Assembly (NCBI GenBank): GCA_041747735.1 | Contig: JBGTEP010000106.1 | Span: forward strand, 2,980 to 66,979 | Direction: 5' to 3' | Length of the DNA: 64,000 nt | DNA from: Chryseolinea sp. | GTDB lineage: Bacteria; Bacteroidota; Bacteroidia; Cytophagales; Cyclobacteriaceae | In this document: positions 57,939-64,000 of the stretch, in pieces | Position numbering within the stretch: the stretch's first letter is position 1 | Layout of the letters: each line of letters opens with the position of its first letter | Program-made: the position numbers and the translations under genes | The notes under the pieces: model-generated | The model's input: the letters and a program-made list of their open reading frames with translations, nothing else | What the model was told of the DNA's origin: nothing | Databases searched by the model: none

Positions 57939-58058
57939 CAAATCCGGCAGTCTTTCGATGTATGGTTTACGTGGCACATTAATTGCCTAAATCGATTGTA
58001 CAAAAGACTTCAACCAAAAACATGTACATCAATCGGTTCCTACGATCACAGAGAGGCT

Positions 58059-58066
58059 TAAATTTG
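58059..58066 (+). promoter_or_regulatory. Bacteroidetes -7 element TAAATTTG
   Basis: TAnnTTTG match about 34 bp upstream of ATG 58100. Confidence 0.5.
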
Positions 58067-58099
58067 GGTACTTTCATATCCTTTTCTAATTTCGGGGAT

Positions 58100-58768
58100 A
58101 TGAAAAAAATAGTCAGCGTATTCATCCTTTCTTTTAGCGTATTCTATGTTGCCGCTCAGTCGAATGAGATTTTAGCAGAAGGTAAGGTCAGTGATGCAAG
58201 AACAGGAAAGGGTATAAAAGCGAACATCCGGTACAGTAGTATTCCAACCGGCGGTATTTTTGGAAGGTTTAATGATAGTACATTTTCATTTCCAATCTTC
58301 GGTACGGCAAAGTATCAGATCACAGCGGAGGCTGCGGGTTATAATCCACGAACAGTAATTGTTGATCCCAAAGATATCAATACCGATAAAAAGGTATTGC
58401 GAGATATTTCATTGACTCAGTCTGGGCAGACCATGCGTTTAACGAATCTAATTTTTCCTCAAGGGAAGTCGACGATAGATTCGAAATCATTTCCTGAACT
58501 CGATGAAGTAGGGCAGATGATGCAAGAGAATACCAAAATTGTCATTCAACTGGAAGGCCATACTGATAACCAGGGAAGTTCAAAAGCAAACCTTAAGCTT
58601 TCTGAGGATAGGGTGGAGGCTGTAAAACGATATCTGGTGTCAAAAGGGATATCAAAAGATCGTATTAAGACCAAAGCCTATGGGGGAAGTCAACCGCTTT
58701 CCAATGAATTAACACAAGAGGCCCGGGCAATGAACAGAAGGGTAGAGATGCGTATTTTGAAAGACTAG
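58100..58768 (+). CDS. OmpA-family (peptidoglycan-binding) protein
   Basis: Start moved to MKKIVSVF (signal peptide); EGHTDNQG, LSEDRVEAV, NRRVE. Confidence 0.9.
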   Translation: MKKIVSVFILSFSVFYVAAQSNEILAEGKVSDARTGKGIKANIRYSSIPTGGIFGRFNDSTFSFPIFGTAKYQITAEAAGYNPRTVIVDPKDINTDKKVLRDISLTQSGQTMRLTNLIFPQGKSTIDSKSFPELDEVGQMMQENTKIVIQLEGHTDNQGSSKANLKLSEDRVEAVKRYLVSKGISKDRIKTKAYGGSQPLSNELTQEARAMNRRVEMRILKD

Positions 58769-58780
58769 CACTCCCGATTT

Positions 58781-59920
58781 TTACTTTAATGTCAACATTT
58801 TTATACACACAGGCGACGGGACTTTCACCGGCTTTCCCACCTGCACCATCTTTCCAGTCTTAGGATTTATTCTGAAGAGTACAATTGAATCGGTATCCTG
58901 ATTAGCAACAAAAACAAATTCACCCTTCGGATCAACCAGAAAATTTCTTGGTGTTTTTCCCAGCGTTGGCTGTTGACCTATGAGTGAGAGCTTCCCAGCC
59001 GGCGATATGGAGAAGATACTTAATGAATTCATACCACGGTTAGACATATACAAGAACTTACCTGACACGGCTGTGTGAATATCAGCACTGGTATTTGTTC
59101 CTTTAAAACTTTCAGGTAATGCTTTTACGTTGTCTTCTAAAATCGTGAGTTCGCCCGTTGTTTTATTTACAGAGAACGCGCAAATGGAAGACGTCAATTC
59201 TTCTGCGAGAAATGCAAACTTTCCGTTAGGATGAAAAGTAAAATGGCGTGGCCCACTTCCAGGTGTAACAGATACTTCAGGTGTTTTCGCTGGCGTTAGG
59301 GTTCCGTTTGCAGCATTAAATTCATAAATGTAAATCTTGTCCGTTCCAAGATCGGAGACATACAGAAATCGATTGTCAGCAGAGATAACTGCAGAATGTA
59401 TATGCGAACTTTCCTGACGTGATTCATTGATACTTCGACCGGTATATTTTTTTGCGTCAGAGGGACTTCCGATTAATCCATCATCGAAAAGAGGAAGCAC
59501 TACCAGGTTTCCCTCACTGTAATTTGCAACGAAAATATACTTACCTGTCTTGTCAATGGAAACATAGCAAGGCCCACTACCATAAGAGGGGCGGTTGTTT
59601 AGTCCGCTGAGTTTGCCAGTCTTTGCATCAATACCATATGCGGAAACAGACCCACCGTTATCCGATACTTCTGCTTTCCCACGGTTGACAGAATACAGAA
59701 ACTTTCCGGTGGGATGGATTTCAAGATAAGATGGGCTTTCTAAACTGGGTACTGACTGAATTAACTTCAGCGTTCGTTTAACGCGATCGAATGAGTAAGC
59801 ATAAACTCCCTGACTACCACGGACTGAAAACGTTCCCACATAGAGTATTTCCTTTTTTGCCTGAGCACTACCCGATAGGTAAACAAGAATAGCAACAAGT
59901 GAGAACAGGATTTTTTTCAT
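58781..59920 (-). CDS. pgl: 6-phosphogluconolactonase-like beta-propeller lactonase
   Basis: SHIHSA, DLGTD, GSGPRH, EELTS, SNRG, PRNF. Confidence 0.88.
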   Translation of the reverse strand: MKKILFSLVAILVYLSGSAQAKKEILYVGTFSVRGSQGVYAYSFDRVKRTLKLIQSVPSLESPSYLEIHPTGKFLYSVNRGKAEVSDNGGSVSAYGIDAKTGKLSGLNNRPSYGSGPCYVSIDKTGKYIFVANYSEGNLVVLPLFDDGLIGSPSDAKKYTGRSINESRQESSHIHSAVISADNRFLYVSDLGTDKIYIYEFNAANGTLTPAKTPEVSVTPGSGPRHFTFHPNGKFAFLAEELTSSICAFSVNKTTGELTILEDNVKALPESFKGTNTSADIHTAVSGKFLYMSNRGMNSLSIFSISPAGKLSLIGQQPTLGKTPRNFLVDPKGEFVFVANQDTDSIVLFRINPKTGKMVQVGKPVKVPSPVCIKMLTLK

Positions 59921-60015
59921 GGGAGGCTGAATAGAGCCTAAAGCTAATTAACTTTTAGAAATCTATTGCTCTAAATGTGTAGTATATTGGGATGCTGCTA
60001 TGACCAGGAAATAAA

Positions 60016-61221
60016 TCAGACAGTAACTTTATTTTTTTTGCTGGCAACATTAATTTTTTTTGAATAAGCAAGAGATGCGTATAGATCACCACTAGGTCTT
60101 CTCATTCTATTCATGGTGTTAAGGTCACATTCGTAAAGCCCAAATCGCATGGTTGGTCCAAGGTGCCACTCAAAGTTATCCCATGCACTCCAAAAATAAT
60201 ATCCTCTTATGTCGATGCCATCATGAATCGCTTCGTGTACTACCTGGGCATAATCCTGTATCGCCTGAAGGCGAAGGAAGTCACTTTCGTCACAGACCCC
60301 GTTCTCGGTAATCATAATTGGTTTATTATACCTTTTCCAATAACGATCTATACATGTTCGTAGCCCTTCAGGATGATATTCCCAAATGTCATCATGAGCA
60401 AGTCCAAGTCCTTTTATTTTCTCAGGTGTTTCGAGAAACGTAATAGGGAGAGGATCGTGAGGCACGCGGCCATAATAGCTCATCCCAAAAAAATCTACTT
60501 TTTCAAAATGCGTTGGAACATAGTCCATAAACCACCAGTCCGAAAGACGCGCAGGAAACCATCCTAATAAATTCTCAGCTGAAAATACGGTGGCATTGTG
60601 AGAGATACCAACGGGCTGGTCAGGGTTTTTCGCTTTGATGTAGTCATACACTGCATTGTGAGCAATGCCCATGTTCTTAACTACTTTGCCCGCTAAAAAG
60701 GGATTGATTTTGAACGGAGGAAAAAACCCCGTTATCCATCCATAGCTTGCATACACGTTAGGTTCATTAAAAGTATTCCAAAATGATACATAGGATCCAA
60801 ATTCGTCGACCACCTTCATCGCAAAATCAATCCAAAGTGGAATATTTTCTATCTTTTCCCATCCGCCCAATTTTGAGAACCATATTGGATTCGTAAAATG
60901 ATGCAGTACCATCATAATATCAACTCCCTTTAGTTTAAGGTCCTGGATGAAAAGATGATATTCCTTTGAGGTTGCTTCATGAAATGTACCGTATGGCTCC
61001 CGTTGTAGTTTACTCCACATAAGCCCCATGCGGTAATTTGGCGCGAGCGACGCAATTATTTCTGCATCCTCCTTGAATCGTTTTTCGTGATCGGTGGTTC
61101 GATCGAATATAAATCCCTTTCGGGCTTTTACACCCTGCCAGTCGTGCTCAAAGGCAGTTTCAATCTGCGCAGCCGCGGTACTCGTTCCAAAAATGAAATT
61201 ATCAGGGAAGGTAAGTTTCAT
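60016..61221 (-). CDS. Glycoside hydrolase family 1
   Basis: Start MKLTFPDNFIFGTS at 61221 (TAATG overlap); TFNEP acid/base, ITENG nucleophile, WDNFEW. Confidence 0.92.
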   Translation of the reverse strand: MKLTFPDNFIFGTSTAAAQIETAFEHDWQGVKARKGFIFDRTTDHEKRFKEDAEIIASLAPNYRMGLMWSKLQREPYGTFHEATSKEYHLFIQDLKLKGVDIMMVLHHFTNPIWFSKLGGWEKIENIPLWIDFAMKVVDEFGSYVSFWNTFNEPNVYASYGWITGFFPPFKINPFLAGKVVKNMGIAHNAVYDYIKAKNPDQPVGISHNATVFSAENLLGWFPARLSDWWFMDYVPTHFEKVDFFGMSYYGRVPHDPLPITFLETPEKIKGLGLAHDDIWEYHPEGLRTCIDRYWKRYNKPIMITENGVCDESDFLRLQAIQDYAQVVHEAIHDGIDIRGYYFWSAWDNFEWHLGPTMRFGLYECDLNTMNRMRRPSGDLYASLAYSKKINVASKKNKVTV

Positions 61222-62000
61222 TACTTGCGCGTAAACGAACTTTGGGATGTTTCCCATTCCTTCCAATACCTGGTTAGACGCCTTAAGTCTTCCTCCAGGC
61301 AGGGATACTGCTGATCTTTGTTGGGTACTTCCGGGAATGATCCGCTGAAAAGGTCGGAAGTAGTCATTCCTCCTGTCCATTCAAAGTGCCCGGGGTCGTA
61401 GGGCTTCCTCCAACGGCCACCCCATCGAAGGCCTAATCTTTCACCTATCGTGCCCACCTTTTTCCAGAGGACTACATTGTTCCAGACTGCCACCGAGTCA
61501 ATGACAGGGACTAAATCTACAGCCAGGCCGTATTGATGTTTAGACTTACCTGCACGTGAGCTAGTATAGCCCCGACCCATTACTTTATACTCATCCTGCT
61601 TGGCGTGAGTCCTGTACGTTTCTACGATTGCAAGCTCGATCCCCTTCTCTCCGCAGATACTGATAAGTTCACTCACCTTATCACGAAAATAAGGATGGAG
61701 CGCATCAAGCGCTGTGATCATTGGAATTGTACCCCTATTCTTGCCAAAGGAAAAATTTTCTACATATTGCCAGTTCTTCCATCCGTCAATAGTATCAATC
61801 AGGACCAAGGGCTCAATTACTTCGGAAAGTAATAGTGAAGAATCGATAGTTATCACTTCTACTGGTAATTCATAAAAAGGCTCAGCACGCTCCCGGCAAT
61901 CAAATGAAGCAAAAAAATAATTTTGAGCTTGAACGATATCCCCTGCACTCAAAATTAATGAGGCACTTAGTAAGAGGTTTTTTAGCATGTTGCCTACCAA
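61221..62000 (-). CDS. Exported M15-family Zn metallopeptidase (L-Ala-D-Glu peptidase-like)
   Basis: ETYRT...Q, SKHQYGLAVD, DPGHFE; start may be MLKNLL at 61988. Confidence 0.85.
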   Translation of the reverse strand: MVGNMLKNLLLSASLILSAGDIVQAQNYFFASFDCRERAEPFYELPVEVITIDSSLLLSEVIEPLVLIDTIDGWKNWQYVENFSFGKNRGTIPMITALDALHPYFRDKVSELISICGEKGIELAIVETYRTHAKQDEYKVMGRGYTSSRAGKSKHQYGLAVDLVPVIDSVAVWNNVVLWKKVGTIGERLGLRWGGRWRKPYDPGHFEWTGGMTTSDLFSGSFPEVPNKDQQYPCLEEDLRRLTRYWKEWETSQSSFTRK

Positions 62001-62010
62001 ATTGAAGCTG

Positions 62011-62018
62011 CAAAGATA
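62011..62018 (-). promoter_or_regulatory. Bacteroidetes -7 element TATCTTTG
   Basis: TAnnTTTG match on the minus strand just upstream of the M15 gene. Confidence 0.55.
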
Positions 62019-62093
62019 TGTTTTTTTGCGAACTACAAGTTTACCACAAAGTTAACATTGCTCTATTAAAGTTATCTCCCTGAAACAATTGCA

Positions 62094-62552
62094 TTAATTC
62101 ACATCATCAGTTTCTAACTCCTTCATGAATACCTCGTACCGGGACTTTACTTCGCTGTCAGAGGCAAGTGCCTTCTTTACCTTATTGTAAGATGCCGCTC
62201 CAATGTATTCCTTGGCGAGCATTTGAAACGTTTCGGAGATTTTGGCAGTACCTTCATCTTTTTTAGTCACTACTTCACGAATGAATGCAATCTCTTCTGG
62301 GGTTGCCTTAGCGGCAGTAAGCTTCGCATCGTCACTTGCGATTTTCGAAAGCTGATTATAACGTTCATTCGACATAGATTCATTCTCCTTCACCATCTCA
62401 ACAATATCTTCCAACAGCGTTTCCTTCATGCCGTTAATGGAGTCCATTGTAACGGCATACTTCTTTAAGTCTTCATCGGTAATCTCATCCTGTGCGAAAA
62501 TGGTATGGGTTGTAATGGATAACAAAGCGAATAAGAAAAGTCTGTATTTCAT
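62094..62552 (-). CDS. Exported helical hypothetical protein (DUF4168-like)
   Basis: Signal peptide; ITDEDLKKYA start, YNQL and YNKV motifs. Confidence 0.7.
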   Translation of the reverse strand: MKYRLFLFALLSITTHTIFAQDEITDEDLKKYAVTMDSINGMKETLLEDIVEMVKENESMSNERYNQLSKIASDDAKLTAAKATPEEIAFIREVVTKKDEGTAKISETFQMLAKEYIGAASYNKVKKALASDSEVKSRYEVFMKELETDDVN

Positions 62553-62730
62553 ACAAAATATGATTTAGGTTAAAACTCAATTTAACAACGATTTTAACAA
62601 CGTAAGAATTGCAATGCGCCAAAAAATGACATCAACGGTAAATGGCTACTATAAAAGGTATCACTAAAACACGGAAACAATATCCCCGATTTAGTACCGC
62701 CTGAATATCTTCCGTTATCAAGCTGATCTT

Positions 62731-64000
62731 CTAAGCATGTACCTTCACCTTCGGCGCCCCTAGTATAATTTCGTCGCTCGCATCGGCTTCAAACTTTTTG
62801 AAGTTGTTCAGGAAAGATTCAGCCAGAAAGTTCGTTTTCTGATCATATGCTTCTTTATCAGACCAGGTACACTTTGGATTAAGCATTTCAGCCGGGACTC
62901 CGGGACATTCTTTTGGAATGGAAACGCCAAACACTTCGTGATTTTGATATTGAATATCATCAAGTTCGCCATTCAAGGCGGCCTTAATTAGCGCACGAGT
63001 ATACTTTAGTTTAATCCGGTTTCCGGAACCATAAGAACCACCAGTCCAGCCAGTATTTACTAACCACACGTTTACATTAGCTTTCATGATCTTTGCACTT
63101 AGCATCGATGCATAGTGTGTGGGGTGCAAGGGCATAAACGGTGCGCCAAAACACGCAGAGAATGTCATCGTGGGTTCGGTGATTCCTGCTTCTGTCCCGG
63201 CGACTTTCGCGGTGTATCCGGATATAAAATGAAATGCTGCCTGTCCAGGGGAAAGTTTCGAGATAGGGGGGAGTACACCGAAAGCATCGCAGGTAAGAAA
63301 GAAAATATTTTGCGGGTTGTTGCCAAGTGATGGGATTGCGATGTTTTCGATATGATGGATCGGATAGCTTACCCTTGTGTTCTCTGTAATTGAAGTATTT
63401 GAAAAGTCAACATCATCGGTACCATCTTTAAAGCTCACATTTTCGAGTAACGCGCCTTCTTTGATTGCACGAAAGATATCGGGTTCTGTTTCTTCAGAGA
63501 GGTCGATTGTCTTCGCATAACATCCTCCTTCGAAGTTAAAAATGACATCATCATCCGTCCATCCGTGCTCATCGTCACCAATTAGTTTTCGATCCGGATC
63601 AGCCGATAAAGTTGTTTTGCCAGTTCCTGACAAACCAAAAAATATGGCAGTGTCTCCTTTTTTTCCCACGTTGGCGGAACAATGCATAGCCAATACGTTA
63701 TGTTGATAAGGTAGAATAAAATTCAAGGCGGAAAAAACTGCTTTTTTAATTTCGCCGGTATATCCACTTCCGCCGATCAGAATCAACTTCCGTTTGAAAT
63801 CAATGATAGAAAAATTATGTCGCCTGGTCCCATCCGTAACAGGATTTGCATAAAACCCCGGTGCATTTAGGATCATCCATTCCGGACTAAAGTTTTTTAG
63901 TTCTTGTTCTGATGGCCGTAAAAACATGTTGTGTGCAAACAGGTTTGACCACGCATATTCATTTACCACGCGGATATTCAGACGATACCGTGTATCCGCA
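62731..64000 (-). CDS. pckA: ATP-dependent PEP carboxykinase, 5' end cut by the window edge
   Basis: MHCSAN, GLSGTGKTTLS, GDDEHGW, NFEGGCYAK, ENTR; frame open to the window end. Confidence 0.97.
   Translation of the reverse strand, partial: ADTRYRLNIRVVNEYAWSNLFAHNMFLRPSEQELKNFSPEWMILNAPGFYANPVTDGTRRHNFSIIDFKRKLILIGGSGYTGEIKKAVFSALNFILPYQHNVLAMHCSANVGKKGDTAIFFGLSGTGKTTLSADPDRKLIGDDEHGWTDDDVIFNFEGGCYAKTIDLSEETEPDIFRAIKEGALLENVSFKDGTDDVDFSNTSITENTRVSYPIHHIENIAIPSLGNNPQNIFFLTCDAFGVLPPISKLSPGQAAFHFISGYTAKVAGTEAGITEPTMTFSACFGAPFMPLHPTHYASMLSAKIMKANVNVWLVNTGWTGGSYGSGNRIKLKYTRALIKAALNGELDDIQYQNHEVFGVSIPKECPGVPAEMLNPKCTWSDKEAYDQKTNFLAESFLNNFKKFEADASDEIILGAPKVKVHA

Noticed and set aside
57983-58099. 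N-terminal extension of the OmpA protein
   Set aside because: Contains a promoter motif; the signal peptide starts at 58100.
61222-61380. N-terminal extension of GH1
   Set aside because: Lies inside the M15 gene; the family start MKLTFP begins at 61221.
62731-64000. Apparently short pckA
   Set aside because: Window-edge truncation; the frame is open to 64000.

Overview
Bacteroidetes chromosome segment, probably Cytophagales (inferred from gene families and TAnnTTTG promoter motifs). No rRNA, tRNA or CRISPR array seen. Left to right: (1) a 7TM-DISM kinase/NarL pair and an IS630 scrap; (2) a tightly spaced 14-kb operon of gabT, CN-hydrolase, VOC protein, large PLP decarboxylase, APC permease, ATP-grasp ligase, C45 Ntn-hydrolase, MscS-like channel, two MgtE-type genes and SSADH; (3) a DUF1080/blue-copper propeller pair; (4) a decayed ~7.9-kb island bounded by an exact 18-bp direct repeat of the mnmE 3' end, with arm-like repeats, a frameshifted AraC, an HsdR-N/integrase fusion scar and a RES-Xre TA pair; (5) core genes mnmE, mntH-mntR, dapD, mscL, hbd; (6) parE and parC separated by a SatD + membrane-protein cassette with three phased palindromes; (7) an ECF/FecR/TonB-receptor/acidic-lipoprotein/phytase locus; (8) pgl, GH1, M15 peptidase and a partial pckA. 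The top candidate for novelty is the parC 3' end. It appears dual-coding after an A10/A_AAA_AAG slippery site: a Lys-rich tail in frame 0, and in the -1 frame an acidic tail with two QxxLF clamp-binding-like motifs. Family calls come from motif recognition by eye, not database searches.
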